Source: Prasinococcaceae sp. CCMP 1430
Taxonomy: Eukaryota > Plantae > Prasinodermophyta
Direction of reading: 5' to 3'
Assembly: GCA_013416795.1 (NCBI GenBank)
Contig: RQSC01000001.1
Coordinates: forward strand, 101,378 to 165,377
Length of the DNA: 64,000 bases
Below the pieces are notes generated by a model. It saw only the letters and a list, made by a program, of their open reading frames with translations, ran no database searches and was not told the DNA's origin. Position numbers and translations under genes: made by a program. Below are positions 20,017 to 30,857 of this stretch, piece by piece (the first letter of the stretch is position 1; each line of letters starts with the position of its first letter).

Positions 20017-23000
20017 ATGGCGCGCGCCGCCCATCCCTTCATGGCGGTGATCCTCGTGCGCCCCGCAGCGCGCGCGCCTGAGAGGACACAGGCGGGCACT
20101 CATCGCAGCGACAGCAGCAGCCTCGAGAGGAGGAGGCGGAGGAGGGGGGGGCGCAGCAGCAGGGCGCCACCGCGCGGCAGGTGGCTGGCGAGGCTGGTGG
20201 CGAGGCTGTTCGCGCTGATGTGCGCAGTGACGGCCCTTGTAGCCATGCCCCGTGCCCTCGCGCAGGCGAACGGCACCGGTGCGGAGCAACCCGCCCCCGC
20301 GCCCGCTCTCGCGCCTGTGCCAGCCCCGGGACCAGCACCCTTGCCTGCGCCAGCGCCCTCGTCGGGCCCGAGGCCCGCAGACGACAGCGACGGCGGAGGA
20401 CAAGGGACGGCTGCAGAACCACAGCCAGCTCCTGCCCCCGAGCCAGCACATCAGTCGGCTGGGGACGAAGAACATGGAAATGAGAATGGAGGCAACGCCG
20501 CAATGCCTCCTGTGCCTGCGCCTGGCCCTGCCGTGCCGGCATCGGGGCCGGCGCCTGCACAAGGACCGGCGCCTGCACAAGGACCGGCGCCTGCACAAGG
20601 ACCGGCGCCTGCACAAGGACCGGCGCCTGCACAAGGACCGGCGCCTGCACAAGGACCGGCGCCTGCACAAGGACCGGCGCCTGCACCGGGGCCTGGCCCT
20701 GCACAAGGACCGGCGCCTGCACAAGGACCGGCGCCTGCACAAGGACCGGCGCCTGCACAGGGACCTGCGCCTGCACCGGGGCCTGGCCCTGCCACAACGC
20801 CGCCGGCGCCGGCACCACGGCCGGCCCCCGAAGAGCCAGCGACGCCCGCGCCGGCGCCCGGTGCGGCTCCAGGACCTGCACCTGGTCCTGCGACGGACGA
20901 AGGCGTCGACATCGAGGTCACATACGAGCTGCCCCAGCCGGCGCCTGCCCCAGAACCGGGTGTGCCAACGCCCGCTGCTGCCGAACCGGCGCCCGGGCCG
21001 GCGCCTGGGCCCGCACCTCGGCCAGGCTACGAGTACGCCTACGGCGACGACGGCTTGGACGTGGAATTGGCAGCGCCAGAGCCGGCGCCCGCGCCCAAGC
21101 CAATGCCCGAGCCTTCACCCAAGCCCGCGCCCGCGCCCGCACCCGAGCCTTCGCCCGCGCCCAAGCCGGCGCCACTCACGCCGCCGCCTGCGCCGCCGCC
21201 GCCGCCCGACATCGCGGCCGTGCCCCGGTGGGACGGCGAGAGCGTCGTAGGTGCCGACCAGGCCGTGGTGGAGTTCAACGTGGACATGGGATGCGCGGGG
21301 CTCAACTTTACAGAGGTGTGGGTCACTGGCGCCTTCTGTGAGTGGTGCAGCCCGTACGGTGGTCCCTACGGTGGTGCCCTTCAGCTATTCAAGACAGGCG
21401 AGGACGCCAGCAGCGCCATCTTCTCGGGCAGCTTCGTCTTCGACGCTGACTCCATGAGCCTCAATGACGATGGCGAGCCGGCGGTGTTCTACAGGTATCT
21501 CGCTGACGGCTGGCAGCAACCCGAAGCACTCAACGCAATCGGCGGCGGCGGCAGCAGCGTCGAGATCGCTGGCAGCACCGTTGGGCCCACCAAGCGCCAG
21601 CAAGAGCAAACAGAGCAGTTTCCGACATCGGCGGCCGTCACCGAATGCCCATCGACGTCTGGCTCGGCCATATTCCCGCACAGGTCGGCGCTCGTTCAGT
21701 TCGCCGACAGCGTAAGCACGTCGGACACCTTCGGACGCTGTGCGCCTTGCGGCGACGACGGAGGGGCGGGGCCGCAGGTGCCCTCGCCCCCACCGCCGCC
21801 GTCAACTCCCCCCCCAACAAGCCCGCCTACCAGCTCACCCACAGTCGGCAGCAACAGTAGCAACGGTAGTAGCCCAGGCGGCAACAGCAGCAGCGGCGGG
21901 GGCACCGATCCCCCCATTGTGTACTACGAGGACGACGAGGCCCTGCCAGGCGCACCGATCGCTTCACCGACCGACGCGAGCGTGCAGCACCCGCACCCTC
22001 CTCCGAGCCCCCCGCTGCCGCCCGGCGATGGCGGCAGCTCCTCGGGCGTGCTGATTGGCGCAATCGCTGGCGCCGTCGCCGCAGTCGTTGCATTGGTCGG
22101 CGTCCTCGCGGCAGTGTTCGTGAGCAGGCGGCGCGCGCGCGCGCGCATGCTGGATGGTGCTGTTCCAGACATTGAGACTGGCGGTGGCAACGGTGCGCAC
22201 AGCAGCGGCGGCGGTGGCGCTCCGGTGACGCAGGGCAGGAGCCCCAAAGCAACGAAGTCGAGCCACCACACGCAGACCGGCGAAGGCATGAGCAGCGCGA
22301 AGGGCGCCAAAAACCACAGCAGGAGCGACGACAACAGCAGGCATCTCGGAGCAATGGTGGGCAGCTTCCTCAGCGGCCTTCTCGGCAGGAGCAAGGGCGA
22401 CGACGCCTTCCATTCCGCGGGCGAGATCACGCTGGGCAGTCGCGTGCTTGATATCCCCAACCACAAGATTGGCCCAGGCTCGCCCGGCGGTCACGGCGTG
22501 AGCCCGCGACCGCTCCGTCGCCATTGGGCCATCGACTACTCGCAGCTCGACTTCGGCGAGGGTGAGCCACGGCGGCTGGGACGTGGCGCGTACGGCGAAG
22601 TCCTGTGCGCGCGCCTCAACGGCACGCGCGTCGCTGTCAAGCGCTATCACATGTGGGAGCACGAGGAGCTCGTGGGGCTCTCGGACGACCCCGCGCAGCC
22701 CCATCACCACAGCGGCGCCGAAGGGAGGGATCTCAGCAGCGCCGCTGCGGGGCAAGGGGCCTCGGTGTCTCTGAGCGCGCAGGGGGAGCGCGGCAGCACG
22801 CAGCGCGACGGGAGTCCAGGCGAGGCGGTGCGCGAAGTGGAGCCGTCGTTCGCCTTCGAGGAACTCCACGCCGATGCGATGCAAGCGCGCGCGGAGGAGC
22901 GCCACGTGGCTGACGTTCGCGCCTTCGAGCAGGAGATGGAAACGCTGGCGCGGTTGCGCCATCCGAACATAGTCATGTTCATCGGGGCGTGCGTGGCGCC

Positions 23001-23643
23001 CCCCAACGTGTCCATCGTCATGGAGCTGGCCAGCGGCTCGCTCGAGACGCTGCTGCACCACTCAGTGGCGCCGCTGCCGCGCGCGGCGCGCCTGCGGATG
23101 CTGGTGGGCGCCGCGCGCGGGATGGCCTACCTGCACGCGCAGAGCCCTGTCATTCTGCACATGGACTTGAAGCCCAGCAATCTGCTCCTGGGGCGCGGCT
23201 ACGAGGTCAAGATAGCCGACTTTGGCCTGAGCCGTTTCATGGGCAAGGGCAAGACGCACGTCACCGGAGTCGGCAACGGGCCCTGCGGCACCCCCGGGTA
23301 CATAGCGCCCGAGCTGATGCGCGGTGAGAACTTTGCGCAGGCGGTCGACCTCTGGTCTTTCGGCATGTGCATTTACGAAACGTGGACGCGGAAGAGACCG
23401 TATGAGAAGGAGATGCGCGAGGGCCTCGCCATGCAGGTGATGGCCAACGTGATGCTCCACTCATCCAAGCCCGAGCTGCCGCCGGCCGAGGATCCCGTTG
23501 ACGATACCATTGCCGCGCTCTACGAACGCTGCTGCGCAAAGAAGCCCGGGGATCGCCCGAGCTTCGAGGACGTGCTCGTGTCGCTGGAGGAGGCCTACAA
23601 GCAGCTGCAGTCGCAAGGGGGAGACAGGTCCCCGGGCGCGTGA
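20017..23643 (+). CDS. Receptor-like TKL Ser/Thr kinase: signal-like segment, Pro/Ala-rich repeats, CBM-like ectodomain, TM helix, non-RD kinase
   Basis: TM GVLIGAIAGAVAAVVALVGVLAAVFV followed by SRRRAR; kinase motifs GRGAYGEV, VAVK, HPNIV, HMDLKPSN, DFG, GTPGYIAPE, DLWSFG. Confidence 0.92.
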   Translation: MARAAHPFMAVILVRPAARAPERTQAGTHRSDSSSLERRRRRRGGRSSRAPPRGRWLARLVARLFALMCAVTALVAMPRALAQANGTGAEQPAPAPALAPVPAPGPAPLPAPAPSSGPRPADDSDGGGQGTAAEPQPAPAPEPAHQSAGDEEHGNENGGNAAMPPVPAPGPAVPASGPAPAQGPAPAQGPAPAQGPAPAQGPAPAQGPAPAQGPAPAQGPAPAPGPGPAQGPAPAQGPAPAQGPAPAQGPAPAPGPGPATTPPAPAPRPAPEEPATPAPAPGAAPGPAPGPATDEGVDIEVTYELPQPAPAPEPGVPTPAAAEPAPGPAPGPAPRPGYEYAYGDDGLDVELAAPEPAPAPKPMPEPSPKPAPAPAPEPSPAPKPAPLTPPPAPPPPPDIAAVPRWDGESVVGADQAVVEFNVDMGCAGLNFTEVWVTGAFCEWCSPYGGPYGGALQLFKTGEDASSAIFSGSFVFDADSMSLNDDGEPAVFYRYLADGWQQPEALNAIGGGGSSVEIAGSTVGPTKRQQEQTEQFPTSAAVTECPSTSGSAIFPHRSALVQFADSVSTSDTFGRCAPCGDDGGAGPQVPSPPPPPSTPPPTSPPTSSPTVGSNSSNGSSPGGNSSSGGGTDPPIVYYEDDEALPGAPIASPTDASVQHPHPPPSPPLPPGDGGSSSGVLIGAIAGAVAAVVALVGVLAAVFVSRRRARARMLDGAVPDIETGGGNGAHSSGGGGAPVTQGRSPKATKSSHHTQTGEGMSSAKGAKNHSRSDDNSRHLGAMVGSFLSGLLGRSKGDDAFHSAGEITLGSRVLDIPNHKIGPGSPGGHGVSPRPLRRHWAIDYSQLDFGEGEPRRLGRGAYGEVLCARLNGTRVAVKRYHMWEHEELVGLSDDPAQPHHHSGAEGRDLSSAAAGQGASVSLSAQGERGSTQRDGSPGEAVREVEPSFAFEELHADAMQARAEERHVADVRAFEQEMETLARLRHPNIVMFIGACVAPPNVSIVMELASGSLETLLHHSVAPLPRAARLRMLVGAARGMAYLHAQSPVILHMDLKPSNLLLGRGYEVKIADFGLSRFMGKGKTHVTGVGNGPCGTPGYIAPELMRGENFAQAVDLWSFGMCIYETWTRKRPYEKEMREGLAMQVMANVMLHSSKPELPPAEDPVDDTIAALYERCCAKKPGDRPSFEDVLVSLEEAYKQLQSQGGDRSPGA
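20545..20790 (+). repeat. 18-bp coding minisatellite (GGACCGGCGCCTGCACAA; GPAPAQ)n, about 13 units
   Basis: Near-identical units with two CCGGGGCCTGGCCCT variants. Confidence 0.95.
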
Positions 23644-25475
23644 CGCATGGGAGCGCACTTCAAACAACTTTTGTATGTATTTCGACGATTTGCATGAGGA
23701 CCACTGCTGTGCACGGCGCGGAGATGTCAAGCAGCAGAGCGGACTGGCTGCGACGAGCAGGTGGTGTAACATTGCGAAGCCAAATTATTTATCTGCGGTA
23801 TGCCCACTCATCCCCGCAGCACGCCTGCGGCGCTAGCAGCTCCGAGTCAGGAGGACCCGCTCACTTTGGTACGCATGTTCGCTTGCCGGAGCGCTCGCGA
23901 GCTCCCCAGGTCGCGGCCGCGCGGGCGCAGGGCCTAGTGCGCGCGCGCGCGTTCGGGCGCTCGCTCGCTCGCTGCATGGGGAGTGCGTGACACCCCGGCC
24001 CTACCCCCTGCAGCGCCCCAGCGTTGCTGCCCCAACGATGTGCCACCCCCGTCGCCGCGACGCACTTTTCAAAGGATTCGAGGCGGTGCGCGCCCTCACG
24101 TCAAAACGCATTAGAACGTGTTGACGAAAAGGACAAGACAAAACGCTCCAGTCTGCGTCCTGGTTGAGCAGTTCCCCACGGTGCTTTGACAGCTTCTGTG
24201 GCCTTTGTCGTCGCTGCCGGGGAATCCTCATGTCAAGTTGACATGGACATGTCGTTCGTTCGCCCCACCACAAACCTGCGCGGCAGCCAGCACGCGACAC
24301 TCTCGCTTCCCTGCGTGGACAGCGGTCGGTGCCGCCTCGCCACAGCTCACCCCGCTCGTCTACTTCCCCCCGGTCCCCCCCCCCTCGGTCGGTCGGGCCC
24401 CCCACGTCGCCTCGCGCCGCTTGGTCCCACGGCGTGCACACTCGACGCGACGCGCAGGCTGCCGACCGAGGAGCTCGGTCGTTGCCCCCTGCTGGCGCCG
24501 CGCGCGCGCGCGCGCGCGCGCGCGCGCTCCCGCCGNNNNNNNNNNNNNNNNNNNNNNNNNNNNNNNNNNNNNNNNNNNNNNNNNNNNNNNNNNNNNNNNN
24601 NNNNNNNNNNNNNNNNNNNNNNNNNNNNNNNNNNNNNNNNNNNNNNNNNNNNNNNNNNNNNNNNNNNNNNNNNNNNNNNNNNNNNNNNNNNNNNNNNNNN
24701 NNNNNNNNNNNNNNNNNNNNNNNNNNNNNNNNNNNNNNNNNNNNNNNNNNNNNNNNNNNNNNNNNNNNNNNNNNNNNNNNNNNNNNNNNNNNNNNNNNNN
24801 NNNNNNNNNNNNNNNNNNNNNNNNNNNNNNNNNNNNNNNNNNNNNNNNNNNNNNNNNNNNNNNNNNNNNNNNNNNNNNNNNNNNNNNNNNNNNNNNNNNN
24901 NNNNNNNNNNNNNNNNNNNNNNNNNNNNNNNNNNNNNNNNNNNNNNNNNNNNNNNNNNNNNNNNNNNNNNNNNNNNNNNNNNNNNNNNNNNNNNNNNNNN
25001 NNNNNNNNCGCTCGCGCGCGCCAGCGTGGCGCACGCGCCGCGGCCCGCGACGCGAAAAAACGCCCCCCGAAATCGCCCCGGCGAACGCCCCCCGGCGCCC
25101 TCGGAAAACCCTCCGCCCGCGCGCACGCTCGCGGGGTTCTCGCGCGCGCACGTCCGCGCTTTTACCGTCGCCGCACTTTTTCGCGCTCTCCGCCCGTTCG
25201 CGTTCGCGTTCGGTTCCCGCCGACGCGACGCCGACGCCGGCGCGACGAATTGGCGCCGCGGGGGGGCGAAACGGACGGGCGTTCCGAGGGACGGGGGGGC
25301 GAGGCGCGACCGGAGCGGGCACGCGCGGGCGGGATCTCCCCGCGTTTCGCGGGGATGAAATGGGGGAAACGGGCCGCGCGCGCGCGCGCGCGCGCGCGTG
25401 CGCTTCCTCCGCCTGCTGCCCCTGGCGNNNNNNNNNNNNNNNNNNNNNNNNNNNNNNNNNNNNNNNNNNNNNNNN

Positions 25476-27451
25476 CGGAGCGCCCCGCGGCGGGGGCTGT
25501 GGCGGGGGTCCGCAACAGGCGGGCGGGCGCGCGCGCGGCCGCCGAGGATGCGGGGCGCGAGTCGGCGGGTGAGGGACGCGACGAGCTGCGCGTGCACCAC
25601 GCGGACAACGAGCCCATGCCCGAGGCGCTGCAGTTCAATGCGCTCGCGCGCAGCTTCTTCACCGGCGTGGCCGCCGCGCTGGGCTTCGAGGGCGCGCACC
25701 AGCTCAGCGTCCTCGCGCAGCGGGCCGCGGCGAGCAACGTCGGCCTGCGCGACGCTCTCGCGGACGCCGCCACGCAGCTCATGCACGGCGGCGAGCTCGC
25801 CGCCGCGCAGCTCGAGGCCTTTCGACCCATGCTGCTGGCCGATCACGCGGTGGGCGGCTTCGCCGCGGTTGTGCTCTACTCGCTCGAGGCTGCGATCATC
25901 GCGAAGATGGTGGCGCGCATGACCGAGTTCCCAGCGGACGGCAAAGACTCGTCGAACGCATACGCGGCGAACTCGGCGGTGCACACCGAGCGCCTGCCCG
26001 CGCGCGACCCGGCGCGGACGGCGGCGGGCGGAGGCAAGTGCGAGGACTCGACGTGCGCGACGGCGCCCACGAGCGCGGGCGGCGCGGTGGCCGCCAGCGC
26101 GCGGGACGGCCTGTGGAGCCCCAGCGCAGCCGAGCTGAAGCGCGTCGAGCGGGCGCGGCGCCGCGCGATGTTTTTGGACAACTTTTGGTACTGCGTGGCG
26201 CTCTCAGCGGACGTGCCAGCCGACCAGCCGGTGGCCGCCGAGCTCATGGGCGAGCGGCTGGTGCTCTTCCGCTCGGAGGACGGTCGCATCAACGCGCTCA
26301 ACGACATCTGCCCGCACAGGGGGGCGCCGCTGTCGGGCGGCTGGCTCGCCAAGGGTAACGAGGGGCTGTCGGCCGCAGCAGCGTCGAGAGGGGGCGGCTG
26401 CGCGCCCGACGTGCGCGTGGTGTGCCCGTATCACGGCTGGCAGTTCGACGGCGACGGCGCGCTGCTGCAGGTGCCTGCCAACGCGAGGGGCCAGGCGATG
26501 CCCCGCCGGCCCATCGTCTCGGCATACGATTGCGAGGAGCGCGATGGCTTCGTGTGGCTCTTCCGCGGGCCGCGCACGCTGCCCGCGGGCGCGCGACCGC
26601 CCATCCCTTCGGTGCCAGAGTTCTCGGCGCCAGGATGGCGTGCGGCGTACGGCGAGTTCGCCTTTGACGCGCCGTACATGAGCGTCTTCGAGAACGCCCT
26701 CGACGTGGCGCACATCCACTACCTGCACAGCGACTCCTTCGGCAACGACGCCCTCCCCGAGATCCGAGACATGACCGTGAACACCGACGCCTTCAGCGCC
26801 ACGGCCACCTTCACGCTCAACAACCGCGTTGTGTCGCCCATGTGGGAGTTCACACGCGTGCCCGAGGTGCACGTCACCGCGAAGGCGCTCCTGCCCTCGA
26901 CGAGCGTCATCAGTTTCACGCTGGGTGCGGGCGTGAGCATGATCACCTTCGTGAACACCACACCGCTCGACGGCGGCCGCGCCATCAACCGCTTCAGCCT
27001 GCTGAGGAACTTCGCGCAGGACGCCAACCTCGATCGATTCGCCACAGCCGCAATGACCAAGATCCTCAGCGAGGTGCGTGCAGAGCGCGCCGCGCGTGCG
27101 CTGACTCTGTAGCCGCGCCCGACCGTGAGATCCGCGTGCTCGATCGTGCATGCCGCTCACGCCAGTCCATGCGCGCCCTCGGCGCCCGGGGTGCGGTCGC
27201 TGCGCCTTCAGGACAAGGCTATGGTCGAGAAGTGCCTGCCAAACCTCATAAACAAGGAGCTCAACGTCAATGCCGACCTCCTGCAGCTCGCGTACCGCAA
27301 GCTCAAGAACGAGTACATCGACCTCGGCTACGGCCTTCTGCCGGCGTCTGTCTCGCAGGATGGCTCAGTCGCCATCGCGGAGGGCCTCGGCGGGGTCGGT
27401 GCGGGCGCGTTCGGCGCCCCGCCGCCGCCGCCCCAGGAGCTCACCGATTGA
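25476..27451 (+). CDS. Rieske [2Fe-2S] non-heme iron oxygenase (PAO/CAO/TIC55-like family); intron 27074-27211; 5' in gap
   Basis: CPHRGAPLS and CPYHGWQFDG (Rieske ligands); ENALDVAHIHYLH (mononuclear Fe site); spliced EDKAMVE. Confidence 0.92.
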
Positions 27452-27934
27452 GGCCGCTGCTGCCTGGCCACCATCACACTTGCGGCCCAGCAATCGACTT
27501 GTGGCCACGACAGAGAGAGAGATTGAGCGATATTGGAGAGAGGGACAAAGAGGGAGCGCGCACAGCGTGCGCACAGACCATCCATCTCCGGGAACCAATA
27601 CGACGGCACGCACCAAGTACTTCGTCCCACGCACCTCTTTTCATTTTCTTGTGCACTGTACCTGCATTTCCGGCGCCACAACATTCCATGGCCGCGGACG
27701 ACACGCATGCATGCGCACACGTGCACCCATTGTGAACTACGAACGGCGGCGAGTGAGCAACGAGACGCAGAGACCGTCTGCCCACATGCCCAGATGGCAC
27801 CTACGCGCCCTGTATAGAGAATAGCAATTGAGGTCCTGCTGAGACCTTCAGTAAAATGAGAGCGACCAATTACGTACTACTACCGCGCAACGGGTGCGAT
27901 GGTACAAGCGCATTCCCGGTCTTGCACAAGAGCC

Positions 27935-28561
27935 TCAGCCTTGCGCCTGGCCCGCCTCCTTGTCCCTCTCGCGCCTCAGGTTTTCCGCGAGCTCTCTCGC
28001 ACCACTTGCGCCGGCTACCCAAGCGGGGGGCGCGCCGATGTCGATGCCAGCCATCAACCGCATCACGCTGCCAGTGTCTACGACCTCGATGTCGCGCTGC
28101 GGAGCGGGTGGCCGTAGGACCTCGCCAGTCTGTGCGAGAGAACGCGCTTCAACGTCGCCCACGTGCGTCGCCTCCGTCTCCTCAGGAAACTCGAACGCGT
28201 CGCCGCTCCTCACAGCGTCGTCGTCGTCAAGGCTGTCGCCAGAGAGCTCCAGGGGGACATATGCCGCTGCGTATCCGTTCGTGTCGCCGTTGCCGTCGTC
28301 TTCGCTGTCATTCTCCTCGTCGCCGACGAGCGTGTGGCCATCGAGCGGCTGATACGGCGCCCCGTACGCACTCAGCGACCCGCCATTCACGCCGTGGTCG
28401 TTTCCTTCATCGCTGCTCGACGACGATTCTGAGCTGTACCCGTCGTCCTGCTCATTCGTCGCAGCAGCTGCGGCGGTGGAGGCAGGAGCGCTGCCGCCGC
28501 TGTCCACTGCGTGCATGTCCCCGCGATCGGTCGCGGCCTCTGTGGTCTCAAGCGGTGACAT
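27935..28561 (-). CDS. Acidic protein with a MEA1 (male-enhanced antigen 1)-like C-terminal motif
   Basis: Acidic N-terminal half, then RDIEVVDTGSVMRLMAGIDIGAPPAWV, resembling the MEA1 VKxxMAGxxLP..P.WA motif. Confidence 0.55.
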   Translation of the reverse strand: MSPLETTEAATDRGDMHAVDSGGSAPASTAAAAATNEQDDGYSSESSSSSDEGNDHGVNGGSLSAYGAPYQPLDGHTLVGDEENDSEDDGNGDTNGYAAAYVPLELSGDSLDDDDAVRSGDAFEFPEETEATHVGDVEARSLAQTGEVLRPPAPQRDIEVVDTGSVMRLMAGIDIGAPPAWVAGASGARELAENLRRERDKEAGQAQG

Positions 28562-28921
28562 GACCGCACCACGTGCGAGCGACGCAGGTCGGGGTTGGCG
28601 GGGTCGCACACTGCGCGCGCCTCTGCGCTCGTCGGCGAGGACGGTGCGCCCCGCGCGCAGTTTGTGGTGCCCGACGAAGACCTCGTGCGCTGCCTCCCCC
28701 CCTCCTTCCCCCGCGCGCTCGCTCCTCTCGAGGAAGCGACGCAACTCGCACGCGCGGCGCGCGTGAGGCAGAGGCGAGCTGGCACGCCAGCCGACCTCCC
28801 GCCCGCGGCCCCCCAGGTGCGCCCGCCTCCCGCCCGCGCACGCGCTCTGGCGCCGACGCCGCGCGACGCGCGTTTGATGGCGTTTGATGGCGGTCTTTTT
28901 GTGGCCTCGCGCGAGTTCGAA

Positions 28922-29008
28922 CCAGTGATGCTTCACATGATACAAATGCATGTCTTTTGATAGTTGGATAAACCACGGGATACTGCTCATCACAATGCCT
29001 CCTGATGG
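28922..29008 (+). ncRNA. Candidate box C/D snoRNA
   Basis: CCA-GTGATGC (box C-like, 28925-28931) ... CTGA (box D, 29002-29005)-TGG; terminal CCA/TGG stem; about 87 nt; AT-rich island in GC-rich intergenic DNA. Confidence 0.45.
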
Positions 29009-29320
29009 CGGTCGATTCCCCAGCCGCGTCCCCGAGCGCACGGGTTTTCGGACGAGGCGACACGGCGAGCTGGCGAGGTGACAGCGACTGTTAGCAGCGG
29101 TCGGTTCCCAGCGAGTGTGCCAGGTTGGTAGCAGTGACGGCGGTTGGAGCCCCCGCGCGCGCGAGCGCGCGCGCACGCGCAGGCGCGGCCGAACGACGGA
29201 GGCGGCACACGCCGCGGGGGGAGCACGAGACCGTGGCAGGTCGCCGTGTCGCCTGCGCATAAGGCGACGATGACAGGCACGCGCGGAGAGCACCCAGCAC
29301 GCGTCGGGCGCCGTAGCGCG

Positions 29321-30541
29321 ATGGCAGAGCTGTTGATCGCCGGCTCGCTCGCGATCGGGACCTCCATTTGCTTCGGCTCCCGCGTAGCAGGCGCAACATG
29401 GGTGCTTGGGGAGCCCGCGCGGAGCTGCGAGGTCGTCTGCGCAGCGTCTGGCCTTGGCCAGTGCAACGCTGATGTCACGAGTTCCGCGCTGAGCGCCGAA
29501 GGAGTGCGCGCTGCCGCAGCAGCGGCGGGAACGAAGTGCTCTGCCGTCATTGGATGGGCGTATGACTCGAATCCTAGCGTGTGCTCCCACGAGCAGTGCT
29601 GCGGCGGCGCATGCGTCGGCGCTTGCACCTACGGAGTAGCCCCAGCCAGCGAGGGGATCTGCACGGCAACGTACGCCCACCATTCTCGCCTTTGCTTCTG
29701 CGGGGATGCCAGTCCGCCCCCACTTCCTCCTCCCAGTCCCCCGCCCGCCCCACCACCCATCCCCCCGCCTCCGAGCTCGCCACCGAGCCCGCCACCGCCG
29801 GTGCCGATCCCGCCACCGCCCGTGGTGCCAAACCCGCCACCGCCAGTGGTACAGCCCCCGCCGCCGCCGCCAACGCAAGACCAGTACGGTACGCCCCCGC
29901 CACCGCCGGTGGTACCTCCCCCGCCGCCCCCGCCGGCGCCGGCGGCATACCCGGCAGACGGCGCGCCGACGTACACCGCGACGCCGTGGGCGACGCCGAC
30001 CGAAAGCAGCGCCGACGGCCCCACCACAGGAGACTGCACGCTGCTCGGGTGGATGCGAGAGTCGGGCAACTTCACAAAGTACCTGGAGGTGCTCGACGCG
30101 ATCAACCAACGTGGCGCCACGACTGGCTTCCTCTCGAGTGACCCGCTGGAGTTCACCTTCTTCGCGCCGACGGACGACGCATACACGACGCTGGAGATCG
30201 AGCGCCTGCAAATACCGATCGAGCAGGCGCTGCAGATACCCGTGCTGGCCGAGCTGATCGAGGAGAGCGGCAGGCGGCAGGTCACGTACGGCCAGTGGGA
30301 CAGCACCGTCCTCGCGAATGCCAACGGGCAGCTCTCGCTCACCAGCATCAATGAGGACCAGCTCTTCGTGAGCACGGCGGCGGCGGACGTTACCGTCGCG
30401 GAGAAGAGCTCGGCGACGCTGTGGGACATTCCCGTGGTGATCACCGTTTCTGACGGCATCAACTACGCGACCACCGTGTCCATCGAGGAAGGATTCTGCG
30501 GCGGGGGGGTGGTGTATGTGATTGACAGGGTGCTGTTTTAG
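29321..30541 (+). CDS. Secreted fasciclin (FAS1) protein with N-terminal Cys-rich domain and Pro-rich stalk
   Basis: Signal-like MAELLIAGSLAIGTSICF; FAS1 H1 FTFFAPTDDAY and H2 VVYVIDRVLF; poly-Pro linker. Confidence 0.85.
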   Translation: MAELLIAGSLAIGTSICFGSRVAGATWVLGEPARSCEVVCAASGLGQCNADVTSSALSAEGVRAAAAAAGTKCSAVIGWAYDSNPSVCSHEQCCGGACVGACTYGVAPASEGICTATYAHHSRLCFCGDASPPPLPPPSPPPAPPPIPPPPSSPPSPPPPVPIPPPPVVPNPPPPVVQPPPPPPTQDQYGTPPPPPVVPPPPPPPAPAAYPADGAPTYTATPWATPTESSADGPTTGDCTLLGWMRESGNFTKYLEVLDAINQRGATTGFLSSDPLEFTFFAPTDDAYTTLEIERLQIPIEQALQIPVLAELIEESGRRQVTYGQWDSTVLANANGQLSLTSINEDQLFVSTAAADVTVAEKSSATLWDIPVVITVSDGINYATTVSIEEGFCGGGVVYVIDRVLF

Positions 30542-30857
30542 AGGAGATTGATTGGACGCCTGAGGAGAAGGAGCCGCGCGTAGCGCACTCGAGAGCGTGC
30601 CAGCGGCGGCACACAAAGCAGTGTAAACGATAGGACAGCATCCATCCTTTTGTCGACAGGGAGTGGGCCACGGCTCCACCGGCTACGCTGGCGGCGCCCG
30701 TTTGCACCTGCACCCGCATGACCCTCGCGCGGCAGAGGCGCTCGCGCGCTGCTTGGCGAGCCTGAGCGAGGTGCACGCGCGAGCTCCGGAGCGCCAGAGT
30801 GCCGCGTGCGGAGTTCGGAGTACAAAAATGGTACATGCGCGTCGCCACGCGCCTTTG

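Noticed and set aside
20545-20790. Regular 18-bp and 72-bp (38170-38575) repeats as CRISPR-like arrays
   Set aside because: No unique spacers; they are in-frame coding minisatellites in a eukaryote.
28895-28925. tRNA or Pol III gene suggested by GTTCGAACC
   Set aside because: No T-stem or cloverleaf, and a T5 run lies between the putative A and B boxes. No tRNA or rRNA genes were found in the window.
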